DNA from: Histomonas meleagridis 2922-C6/04-290x
Taxonomy: Eukaryota; Protista; Parabasalia
Assembly: GCA_020184695.1 (NCBI GenBank)
Contig: JAANOX010000273.1
Span: forward strand, 124,001 to 188,000
Direction of reading: 5' to 3'
Length of the DNA stretch: 64,000 nt
Below, piece by piece: positions 45,261 to 56,629 of this stretch. The notes below the pieces were generated by a model. It did not search any database and had not been told where the DNA came from. It saw only the letters and a program-made list of their open reading frames with translations. The number at the start of each line of letters is the position of its first letter. Position 1 is the stretch's first letter. The position numbers were made by a program, and so were the translations under genes.

Positions 45261-45792
45261 TGAGTTATCAAATTTGAGAGGGAAAATATAAAGAATATCT
45301 AAAGAATATAATACCTAATGCTTTTGTAAATGAACAATATCAAAATAATCTGAATACAATTAGAATATAAGGAGAAATTGTAAATGAAGAAATAAAGACT
45401 AATGAATAACAGGGTATCTTTGAAATAGGTTCAAATGATATAATGACGATGATTCTAATATTTCGAATTTTTTAATAGTTAAATTGATCAACAATTCTTC
45501 ATTTTCGATATTAATATCAATTATTTTGCTTTCCTCTTCCATTTCTAGAAAGTTGTCTATTATTATTTTTTTTTCAGTTTCTAAAATAATGTTTTTATTT
45601 ATTTCTACTTTTTCAGATGTTAACATTTCGTTTACACCCTCCCCATGTGAATTTGAACATGTTGCTTTATTGTGACTTGATCTTCCGCATATACTGCATG
45701 AATAATGTCTTTTCTGACTATTTCTTCCTGACCATCTTATTAAATTTGCTGGTCTCGACCTTTTTATTACAAAGAATAAATCTAAATTTATA

Positions 45793-47071
45793 TAGGGGGT
45801 GGAAAAAGTCCGTTCGTCAGCTTTTTTTTTTGATTTATATTAGATATTAATGAAATCAAATTATATAAATAAAATTTATAATAAATATATTATCATTATT
45901 ATTATAATACTTTTTTCCAAGTAAATATGATGCATGAAGTAAAACTACTTTTTTTCAGGATACCTTTGAAAGAGAACGTTTAATCATTTTAATGTCAGTT
46001 TTAATCGAGGAATTACGTTCTGTTGTCCATTTCCTTTGGTTAGAATCAAATGAAAATCAAGACATATATAGGCGATTATGTGCTGTATATGGTGATAATA
46101 TTATTACACTTCGAACAGTTCAGAAATGGACAAAAAAGATGAATGAACATACCTTCTCAATTTTCGAACAGAAAAAAATAGGGAGATTAAGAAGATCAGA
46201 TTTAGATCAAAGAATAACCAGTTTTATATTAAGTTATCCATATGCATCGACGAAGAAAATTGCGAAGAATGTAGGCGCAGATCCAAAAAAACAGTGAAAA
46301 ATATAATGATTAATATTTTAGGGATGAAAAAAGTTAACTTCGAATGGATCCCACATAAGTTGACTCCAGAAATTAAAGCCAAAAGAGCTGCCATTGCTTC
46401 TGAATTATTTGAATTCCTTTCTAGTTCAAATGACTACAGACTAAGACACATATTGACGCAAGATAAAACCTGGATTTATTTTGTTAACGGGAGAAACTCG
46501 ATGTGGATTGAATCTGAAGTGCAAAAACCATACAAACCCAAACAAACTATTGCCTCCAAAAAAGTAATGATATCTGTTATATGGTCTATAACTGGTATCA
46601 AATCAATAACAATGCTCCCGATAGGCCAAAAATTTAATCGAATTTTTTTTTCTGAAGTTGTACTTGGAGGTTTGGCTAAAAGAATTTCAACGAAGGGATA
46701 TTTTTTGCATATGGATAACGCCCGGCCTCATTTGGTTCATATAAAATTGAATGAATTGGGGATTAAAAGACTTCCGCAACCCCCGTTTTCGCCAGACCTC
46801 GCACCTTCTGACTTTTTTCTGTTCGGATATCTAAAAAAAATGCTCGAAGGTGAGGAGTTCGAAAATGAAGATCAACTTTTTCAAAAGGTTGAAACATTAC
46901 TGTATAATATTCCTAAAGACACCTTCAGAGCCGTATATAATGAATGGATGAACAGACTTTTAATTACAATTGAAACTCGAGGTGTATACATATCATAATA
47001 AATAAACAAAATTTCTTTTACTTTTTTATCCATTCAAAAAAGGTTGACGAACGCACTTTTTCCACTCCCTA
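45793..47071 (+). mobile_element. Full-length mariner-family DNA transposon (1279 bp) with ~30-bp imperfect TIRs and TA TSD
   Basis: Left end TA|TAGGGGGTGGAAAAAGTCCGTTCGTCAGC; right end GTTGACGAACGCACTTTTTCCACTCCCTA|TA. Confidence 0.95.
45992..46998 (+). pseudogene. Mariner transposase, one frameshift in an A-run at ~46285-46291
   Basis: HTH N-terminus, WIPHKL (WVPHEL), TQDKTW, HMDNARPH and FSPDLAPSDFFLF. Seven A where five would give DPKTVK in frame. Confidence 0.9.
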
Positions 47072-47746
47072 TATCTTTAAGTTCATTAAATAATTTTATG
47101 ATCAGTGCTCTTACTTAATAAGAATTTTACCTACAAAAATCAAGTCGAAATGCCCCTTATGAGGAAGGTACAAGCAAAATATGATGGCCGTTAAGAATAT
47201 ATTTGTATCTTATCATTAATAAATTAAAATAAATATAGGTCACTTATAAACATAAAGTGAAGCTGGATTAAAAATATAGAACAATAAATTGTTTTATACT
47301 CAACTTGGTATAATATCAATTAAAATATATATATATGTATATATGGAGAGTAGTGTAATTACATCAAAAATTAGAATTTTTTCATTTAACAATTATGTTA
47401 TATCAAAAATGGACAAAAGGTTGTGGTAACATTTTACCTTTTCATGAACATTAGGTTTATTAGTTGACTTTTTGTGTACAATAACAACTTTTCGTAAGCG
47501 ATAATATTTGAAATCGAAAAATAAAGATATTTAAAAAATAGAGATATGAATTCAGTCAAAGACATGTTACTTAGGGTTTATTATCTATGTGAATTAATAT
47601 TTTCGAGTTATATAAAAATCTCATAGTGTAATTCTTCGTTTACTCTATCTATGGAAATGAATCAGGGCATATACATATTTTACATAAAAGTAAAAATAAA
47701 TTATGGAATATGATCACTTTAATAGGAGAAATGAATTTTTTATGAC

Positions 47747-48570
47747 ATGATGCAAAAGTTATGCGAAATCGACCAAAGACATTATCCTAATGAACACATT
47801 AACCAATTCAAAGGCTATGTTAATCAGGGAAATTATTGTTTTTTAATCTCGTGGTTCCAGGCAATATTTTATTCTGATATTTTCAGGAATATAATCAGAG
47901 AAGAAGAAGATTATGCCATTGGAAGAACTTCAAAACTTTTATTACAAATTCTCGAAAATCTTGAATCACCAAAAAATAAGGATAACGTTGTTACTATAAA
48001 AGATTTTGTTGATAAATGGAATGGATGGATGGGATATGATTATCTCTCAAGAAATAATCAAATTCTTTTATCCCAAGATGTTGGAGAATTCCATCTATCA
48101 CTTATTAAATCATTAAGTGATTCTTCCCAAATTCAGGAAATCTTATGTATGAATATTGAAAAGACTGTTATTGATAAGCAAGGTCTATTTAAAATGATTA
48201 ATTTTGAAAAGAATTATATAATTTTATTAAAAGTAAAAAGTGATTCTCTAAATCATTCCATCAGGAAATATTTTCAATTACAAGAAAATCGAGAAGCACA
48301 ATTTCGTGCTAAAATTACAACTTGTCCATCGATTCTTTGCTTAAATTTAAGTCGAGCAGGATTGAATTTTACCAAAAATACGCAAGTTGTACAAATTCCT
48401 TTGTTCATTAATTTAAGTAAATATTGTGCATAAATTTATGAAGGTACACCTTATTATGAGTTCATTGCAATATGTTATCATATTGGAAATAATGCAAATC
48501 AAGGACATTGGATAACTTTGAAGATAATTCTTGGCCATTGGTTCTATGAAATGATAAAAATGTTTAATTG
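47747..48570 (+). pseudogene. Ubiquitin-specific protease (C19/UCH) pseudogene
   Basis: Cys box GYVNQGNYCFLISWFQAI and QDVGEF. After an in-frame TAA (48431-48433) comes the His box YHIGNNANQGHW. Further broken coding-like sequence continues to ~49430. Confidence 0.8.
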
Positions 48571-50029
48571 TTAGAACAAAATCCTAATTTCAATGAAAAA
48601 TCATTAAAAAATTTAGAAGAAGTGATCTTGCGAAATGCATGCTTTTTCGTTTATCAATCAACTGATGAAAAACAGATGCTGGAAACACAATTTCGATTAA
48701 CTCAAAAAGAAATTATCCCTATGCACACAATTCAAGTAATTATGAATTTTCAAGAACTTGATAAATATGAACCCGTAATGCATACTCGAATGCGAATACC
48801 TATTATTGTTGAAAAAAATTTTCCTAATTTATGTGGAAAACTTTATATTCAAGGAGGAGAAATTTCAACAAGTATCATCCAAACACCTACTGAATCAGAA
48901 TGGAAATTATTTACCTTTTATAAAAGCTGGTTAAGTTATTTTATCTGATGAAATATGAAAATAATCGGATATTGGAAGATATAATTGAGATTCAACATTT
49001 AGAAAACTTATTCGAACTCCATATTATCAATCAGATTATAACATTCAAATAGCACAACAAGCAGAAGAAATTATCACTGTATATAATGATTATTTATTAC
49101 GTAGAGTAAAAAGTATAAAGAAAGAAGATTTTCATACCATTTTTTCACAACTTTTTAATTCTATAAATAAACAAAATGAATATGATATTGAGGAAGAAGA
49201 TGAAATAACTCCCATAATTATATATGATGAAACAAGCACTAGTGATTCTGATTGTGAAAGTGATGCGACAGTCGAAAAATTATATGATAAAATATTAACA
49301 ATGAACATTAATCAAACAATTGAAGAAGGTGCAGAACACGATGATAATCATAACGAAGATTCATATGATTGGAGGTATAGATGTAAGGTGCTTAACATTC
49401 AAGAATTATATTATGAAATTAAAATAAAATAACAGAAAACAATTGTAAAATGAGAAAATTTGTTGCTACCAGTAATGACGCAAAAAGAAGCTATTTATTA
49501 ACAATTCATTGAATATCATATTACTAAAAAGTAAAAATTTGGACAGTGACAGGCAATTTATCAATGATTTGTTAGATATCAAAAGAGAATTAGATGAAAG
49601 AAACAAGAATGTTTGGATACCATACATAAGCACATGCAAAAGCTGGATGACAAAATATAATAAAATACGTAACTGGTACACACTTTTATACGCACTTTTT
49701 GTGGTTATCGTCTCAATTTACCACATTTTGAACGGCCTGACATCCTAACCGTCCGGAAACACGAAAATACGAAACACATTAAAACAAATGTATGAATTAG
49801 AAAATTCTGAATATAACAAATTATAGTATATGCAGTACTTATTGACATATTGAAATATTTTTGAAAAATATTCTATTTTTATCGAGATATATGAGCATTA
49901 GAATAAAATTGGCTTATTTTTATGAATAAATATTATGAATCGAAAGTACATAATAAAAAACATATAACAGTATATTTTGTTAATTTATATATTTTGTTTA
50001 TAAGCTTGTTTTTAAGTGTTTTGTTTCGC

Positions 50030-50230
50030 ATATTTATTCTTGCTTATTATTGTTTATTTTCTTAAATAATTCTTGTTTATTATCATTTATTCATCATATA
50101 TCCTAATTAATTCTTGTGTATTCTTGTTTATTCATTGTTTATATATGGTTCGTTCTTGATTGTTCATTGTTTATTCTTAATTTTTCATTGATTATTCTCA
50201 TCTAGTTATTCATTTGTTTGCTCATATTTA
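50030..50230. repeat. Degenerate 10-11-bp tandem units (attcttgttt/attcattgttt)
   Basis: e.g. attcttgtgt attcttgttt attcattgttt ... gttcttgatt gttcattgttt attctt. Confidence 0.6.
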
Positions 50231-50243
50231 TTAATGTTGCTAA

Positions 50244-50288
50244 TTTGGGATATTTTTTTTTGCACTGGGCAAAAAAAATATCCCAAAA
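50244..50288. repeat. Near-perfect ~20-bp-arm hairpin
   Basis: TTTGGGATA-T9-GC [ACTGG] GC-A8-TATCCCAAA. Confidence 0.85.
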
Positions 50289-50845
50289 TCATTTGAGATT
50301 TCTGTCAACAAAAAATGTGATGTGTCAAAAAACGCTAATGATACCTGACGAATATTTCCTCAATTAAAAGTTTAAATATTTGATGAGTATATAACACTCG
50401 ATATTTAATATCTAGAAACATTGTTTCATCATGTTTGAATATATTATATATTAGGGTATTTCGATTTTTTTTTTTGTATTTTATTTTTAATTGAATAGTT
50501 TATGTATTTTTGAGTTCAAAATGATCGACTTCTTTCAAATACATTTTTTGATGTTTATTAGGATATATGTTATAATACTATTAATTTTGATAACTATAAT
50601 ATCAAGTGATGATGTAATTTTGAAATTATGTATTGGTCTTTTAATTTTTAAGTTGCCAAATTCAAAATTAATGATAATGAAATGATTAAATTTGATAATT
50701 TTTTAGTGCCATAATTGAATTAAACATACTAATTTTGGTATGACTGTCATATGTCATTTGTTTTGATGGAATTAATTAGTATAATAAGTTGAGTGCTACA
50801 TGTAATTCGTTTGATGATACGATGGTAAATTTCAATATCATTCAA

Positions 50846-51699
50846 TTAGCCCGTATCCTTGCTAGCTGTGCTATTATCAGTTGATATAACATGCGGTTCT
50901 TCATTTGTTCGCGTTTTTATATAATTAAAAAATGATTTATATGCTTCTTTTGTTTTGTTAGATAATAATCCAAAACCTAACATCTGAGATCTATTTTCAG
51001 GATTCACGGTAATGGCCAATTCTAGAGGAAATTCAGAAATATTAATGCTTGCAGTGCCATCAATTGCAATATTTTCCATTGCATAGGCAAAGTAGCAAAC
51101 TTTTGAATGAATAAAAAATGCGAATGATAAAATTTCATTCGAATTAACACAAATTCTCGAACTGAAATCAGGATCAACACAATCTTTTTTGAACGAATCT
51201 AATGTGACTTTTTTCATTGATTTAATTATCGGCCTTCGAATATTGTAAAATATATCTTTGTTAGCACTTGATTTAATATTGCCTCTTATTTGTCCAGGCG
51301 GAACTTTTAATTGTTGTTGTGTTATAATCTCATTAATTTTATTTTGTGTCAAAGAGTTAAAATGAGCATCAAATAAAAAAGGAACGAAATTGAATGGTTA
51401 TGCATCCATTGTACCACTCTAAAAGTATAACTTCCGTCTGATTCTCTTACAAATTTTACACAACATTGGCAATCAGTTTTGCAACTTTGACCACGCTGTC
51501 TTCCCCCATATCTACATCTAAATATTTGAGTTGTACGACTTGGTCCGGTTCTGTCAGCAAATATAGGGCATCTATACAATCGGCTTGTTTGTGTAACAAA
51601 ATCAGTTAATGATTCAAATTCTCTATAATTTATATTCTCAAAAATATGTATCAGTTCTTCTGGGATATGTTGAGTTTGACTGGTGGAATTTCCTTGCAT
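50846..51699 (-). pseudogene. MULE (Mutator-like) transposase, frameshifted and 3'-truncated
   Basis: FAR1/WRKY-like Zn finger (FRCRYGG...CKTDCQC...HNH), then the MULE domain (AIDGT...FPL...LGFGLLSNKTKEAYKSFF...VISTD). Frameshift at ~51350; it ends abruptly at 50850. Confidence 0.85.
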
Positions 51700-53255
51700 A
51701 ATGAAAATTTAGAAATAAATGCCACCCTTAAAAATAATCATTTCCTTTGGCGCCAAACAATTGACAAGGTTTATTTGAGGAGGACGTGGTCAGGTCGCAT
51801 TCTCTGATAAAATTAATTATAATATAATATATAATTCATAAAGTATTTTTAATTCTAGTATTTTGGATTAAAATCATTATTGGACAAGATATTTACGTGT
51901 TTTTATTTAATTTAATTCAATACGAATTGATCGTTGCTTTGAAATCAGTAATCCCTTTTTATGATTTACGAAACAATCTTTTTCCACGAATGCAGAGACC
52001 ATGCTCTTATTTTCTCAAAGATAGACATAATTTGACAATGTTTTATTGCATTAAATCAAAATGCTTTTCAGTTGTGGCTAATATGCCTTCTAAAAAACTT
52101 TTGAAACTGAAATTTATTATTCAGCTTAGCAGGATTCAAGCAATTAATGTAGTAAAAGTCTTAGCAACTCTTGGCCTTGAGCAAGCATGATTATTGTTTA
52201 TGAAACTCATATCTAATGTACCATTAATTACAAATAAATTATCAAATAATTGGACAGAAGGAGAAGATAATGCTTTTTTTTGGTCTTTTTTACATAATAA
52301 TTACATTTTAGGAAATATTCATGGAAGATCATTAAATGCAGTTTTATCTCGTATGAATCGATGGATTTTTTGGCTTCAAGATTCACAACTCAGTGAAATT
52401 ATCATAAAACAAAGATACGTCATTGAAAAAAGCGAAAATGAAAATACTTATTTAGATCAAGATTTAATTCGAACTAATTCTTTGAAAATAACAGAAAGAA
52501 ACAAATTACCTTCATCAAAAGAAACCGGTGATGCACAACTAACCCTCCATTGGAACATATTTATCTAAACGCCTCATAAAGGAAAAGAAAATAAATCAAC
52601 TGGCTGAGGCTCGAAAGAAGAAAGCAGAGATAAATAAAGTTAGATATGAAACTGAAAATAAAGGCACAACACAAAAAGAAACGAAAACAGAACAAGAAGG
52701 GCATAGAAAAATGTTTCATCCTTTGCTTTTAAGCGTTTGGAAAAAATCGAATGACAATTTCAAACGTGGTAATCCTATTTATGATATAGAGTACAAATGT
52801 TTTGGATGAGAGTTCATATGTTTGGAAGAAAATGCTTTGATTTTTTTACTAAAATGTTTCATGGTTCATCACATAGCTCAATAATTTCATGGTTGATAAA
52901 TACAAAATTTTTTAAGTAGAATAATTTTTTAAGCATTGATAATATACCAACAATTTTTGAATATTTTGATATAAAAAAGAATCTTTAAATTCAATTATGT
53001 TGTTATCTATAGATGCAATGATGGTAGATGAAGATATATGCATTGATCATACTGGACAAGTTGATGGATTGGTTAATATTAGAACAGTATCTTATCCAGA
53101 AAAGTACAGACAATGTCATCAAACATATTTACAGTTATGGCATCAGATGAAAAAACATAACGAAATTGCAAAAGAATTATACGTTATTTCTGCTTGTCCA
53201 ATTAATAGATTACAGACATTTCCAATTCATATTTTTTGGCTTGTAAAAAAAAATA

Positions 53256-54505
53256 TAGTGGAAGACATTGCGGTTGAACCTTACAAAATCACTGTTTGTA
53301 TGAAACAAATTAATAAACTGCATTTGTCAAATGAAAAGTTTATTAAAATCTATTCCTATTGCGCAAAGATACGCATACATCAGACACATTTACATTACTC
53401 TGGGTGGGAATATAAACCTGAGTCAAAAAGTTTTAGATATTTACAAAAATACAATATATAATTTATCATCAAATCTGATGTCAACGCAAAGAATTTATGA
53501 GGAAAAAATCAAAGATGTCTATTCGGTGTACATTCACTGCGAAACAATTGAAGATCCTCATATATCTGGTGAAAAATTAGCTCATGAATTATATGAATTT
53601 TTTGGATTAAAAATTTCAGGTAGAACTGTGTATAGGCATAGAAGGGAAAATGGTCTAATTTACAGACCACCAATTCGATCTGTATATTTCACCTTAGCTG
53701 CAGCTCAGAAAAGATATGAATTTACAAAATTTCATATTGAAAATAATACAAATTTTTTGAAAACTGTGTTTACTGATGAATCGTGGTTTATTTTGGGACG
53801 AAATAAACGCTGGGTTTGGGTTGACAAAACTCAGATAACCAATGAAGTTTTATCGAATCAAAAATCGCATTCACCGAAAATTATGATATGGGGTGGCATT
53901 GGATATCAATTTAACACGGACTTGGTAATCATTGAAGGAACACTGAACTTAGATAATTATATTGAACAATGATTTTCGGTTTTAATTTAATTAAAGAAGC
54001 AGATAATAAGTCCGGGATCGGCGAATGGACACTCATGCGAGACAATGCTCGTCCTCTTATTTCCAAAGGAACAATGTGCGTTTTAAATGAATTGGGATAA
54101 ATATTTTGAAAGATTGGCCTCCATATAGCCCAGACTTGAACATTATTGAAGTAGTCTGGGCAATTATGGAAACCAGAGTAAAAGCACTTCAGCCCAAAAA
54201 CAATGATGATTTGGTAAAAATTGTATAGGATGTTTGGGAAGCCCTCCAATGGCAGACGATAAACGGACTTGTCATGAGTATTCCAAAAAGGCTGAGAATT
54301 GTAAATGCCACCCCAGATCGAACGATTTTTAGACTTTATAAAGATCCAGAATAACTTTTTCGATGATTTTCAATAAAACCATTTTGATTTGAATGAGACA
54401 TATCTTTTGAACTTTTGTAAGGAATGTAAAGTTGTGAAAATATATGTAAACATCTCGAAAAATAGCTTTTTGATAAAAAAAGGGCAACCGACGTGTCTCC
54501 CACTA
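53256..54505 (+). mobile_element. Tc1-family transposon (1250 bp) nested in the P-like transposase, TA TSD
   Basis: Left end TA|TAGTGGAAGACATTGCGGTTG; right end CAACCGACGTGTCTCCCACTA|TA. Confidence 0.9.
53331..54353 (+). pseudogene. Tc1 transposase with two frameshifts and a stop
   Basis: ISGRTVYR HTH, VFTDESWF (D1), KIMIWGGI, RDNARP (D2) and WPPYSPDLNIIEVVW (E). Frameshifts at ~53970 and ~54100; TAG at ~54226. Confidence 0.9.
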
Positions 54506-56629
54506 TAATAATGATCCTGTAGGAACCATAAAAAAAGTTATTCAAAAATTAACTAAATCTAATATATGTATACAATATATTGGGTCTGATTCTGATACTA
54601 AGTATCGCGAGGAATTTAATGAACAATATAATGAATGGTCAAAATATATAACATCAAAATATGGAAATGTAATGAATATTAATAAACCAGTGTTAATGTG
54701 GACAAGTGCTGCAGCACATCTGCTCAAAAGAGGAAGATCCAGGCTTGTTATCTATAAAACACTCTATACAAGTAGAGTTGATCAGTTGTCTTTCGAAAAT
54801 GATCCAAATAATCCCGCATATAATTCTCATGTGATTAATTATAATATTCTCAACCTTATGAATTCTCAATTATCTTCAAATTGATTTAGAAACAATGGAA
54901 GAGATTCTATGGACGATTATTACTCTCACTATATATTTTCTGGCAAAACATTATTAGGTATTCTCAATTCAATGAAATCTCAAGATAATCAAAATCACAT
55001 CTTATCTTATATTGTACCAATGTTATGTATTGTAAGAATTCTAAAAGATAAAAATGCAAAAAGAAATCTAAGATTAAAATGGGCATACATATTTTTATTT
55101 ATTATACTCTTCCATCACAGTTGGATGAAATTACAATGTGATGAAAAAGAAAACAAAATAGAAAATTATAGTTCATATTTTACAATGGATATGTGTATTG
55201 ATTGTGTAAATTGGCTTTTTTCTGTTATTCACATTTTAGGAGAAGTAAAAGAATCATTTAGTATGTCTAAAGTAGGATCAATGACTTATGAACATCAATT
55301 TTCTCAAATTAGATATCACGCTGGGAAAGAACAAACATGTAGAAGCGTTAGATTTGCATTCGATCGAGTAATAATCATGAAAGAACTCGGAGATTCATAT
55401 AAAAAAAATTTGAAAAAAGAATGTTTAGATGTGTCAAAATTGAAGAAGGAACAATTATACTATTTCAAGTCGAAATTGATATATGCAAAATTATTGCTTA
55501 TAAAATTTCACTAATGTCTGGAATTTTATTTCCCCGTGAATGTGAATTTTATGATCTTGTAAAGACATAAATTTAGAAAGCAAAAATGAGTTTAATAACG
55601 AAATTCATTTACTAAACACATTGCTAAACGATGACTTCGAAACAAAAAACAACCCAAAAAGCTGGCGAATTCAGTCATCGCGATTTCGAATTGGTCCACA
55701 TAAAGTTGGACGAAATATTTCGATGAGATATGCTACTGCATTAAATGACACAAATGAGAAAAAACAAACCCAGCAGGAAGATGCAATAAAGTATTAATAA
55801 TCAGTAACTTGATAATCTTCAATCTTTGGTATTAGTAGAGATTGTGAATTACAATGGTTTATAATCCGAAAATTGATATAAAAGTGTTGTCAACCGTCAA
55901 TTAAAAAGTCGAGCGATTTCATTGAAAAAGTGAAATTTCCATCAAGTGGTCACATCACATTGTCGGTTTTATCGATGTAAAATATTCAGAAAGTTGAAAA
56001 AAATCATTTTGCGGTTTAGGTTTTATAAGCTTATGCAATTATTGTTTTGATTATTTATTTGATAATTTCTAAAAATTTGTCAGACAGAATTCTAATTTAG
56101 GTCTTATTTTTCGCAATAAAAATGTCTTAAAATTAAAATAAAAATTTCTTGAAAATTCTATGATAGAAATCAAAATAAATCATTACTTAATAAGAAAATA
56201 ATATATTTGTAAAAATATATTATCTGCTAAGCAAAAATTTTACTTTGTATGGGTTTTGGTGGGATTGAAAAAAAAATCAAGATCGCTAACGAAGCATAAT
56301 CATAAGATGCAAATAATATGGAAAAATTAATTGGGAGAAGCAAAGGGTTTACTGAGAAGGAAAAGTTTATATCTATCAAGCATAATGTTGTGAGCAAAAA
56401 ATCATTTCAATAACGTACGAATTTTTGACCGTTTAAAATCCGACCACGTCCTATTTGGAGTCAGAAATGACGAAATTTGTTTGGAGCCAAAAACGCCCCC
56501 ATTTTTATTCTATGCTCGAATTTTTTCAATACATATCTGGTCGTACTACATACTCAATGTACAATATTTTCTATGTGAATTCTCAATACAAAATTAACGT
56601 ACTTTTATACTTTCTAAAGTTTACGCCAA

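Larger units (their letters stand above)
52997..55514 (+). pseudogene. P-element-like transposase split by the Tc1 insertion (52997-53255 + 54508-55514)
   Basis: LSIDAMMV (D1), FPIHIF, YIGSDSD (D2), AAAHLLKRGR (decayed DxxH-LLK) and GSMTYEHQFSQIR (E). One in-frame stop at 54882-54884. N-terminal fragments probably extend upstream to ~52.2 kb. Confidence 0.7.
51781..56452 (+). mobile_element. P-element/THAP9-like DNA transposon (candidate boundaries), ~3.4 kb without the nested Tc1
   Basis: 11-bp inverted repeat AGGACGTGGTC (51781-51791) / GACCACGTCCT (56442-56452), flanked by similar 8-mers ATTTGAGG / ATTTGGAG. It encloses a P-like transposase. Confidence 0.55.

Noticed and set aside
45399-45720. 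Minus-strand E/K/N-rich ORF fragment beside the mariner
   Set aside because: Low complexity with no identifiable family.
49466-49760. Short ORF 49509-49748 and a CG-rich patch at 49730-49770
   Set aside because: Probably another TE-related relic, but no motif or partner repeat was found.
19930-50460. Isolated TTAGGG hexamers (~19934, 44924, 47571, 50451) as telomeric repeats
   Set aside because: Single copies only; at least one is part of a probable TIR.
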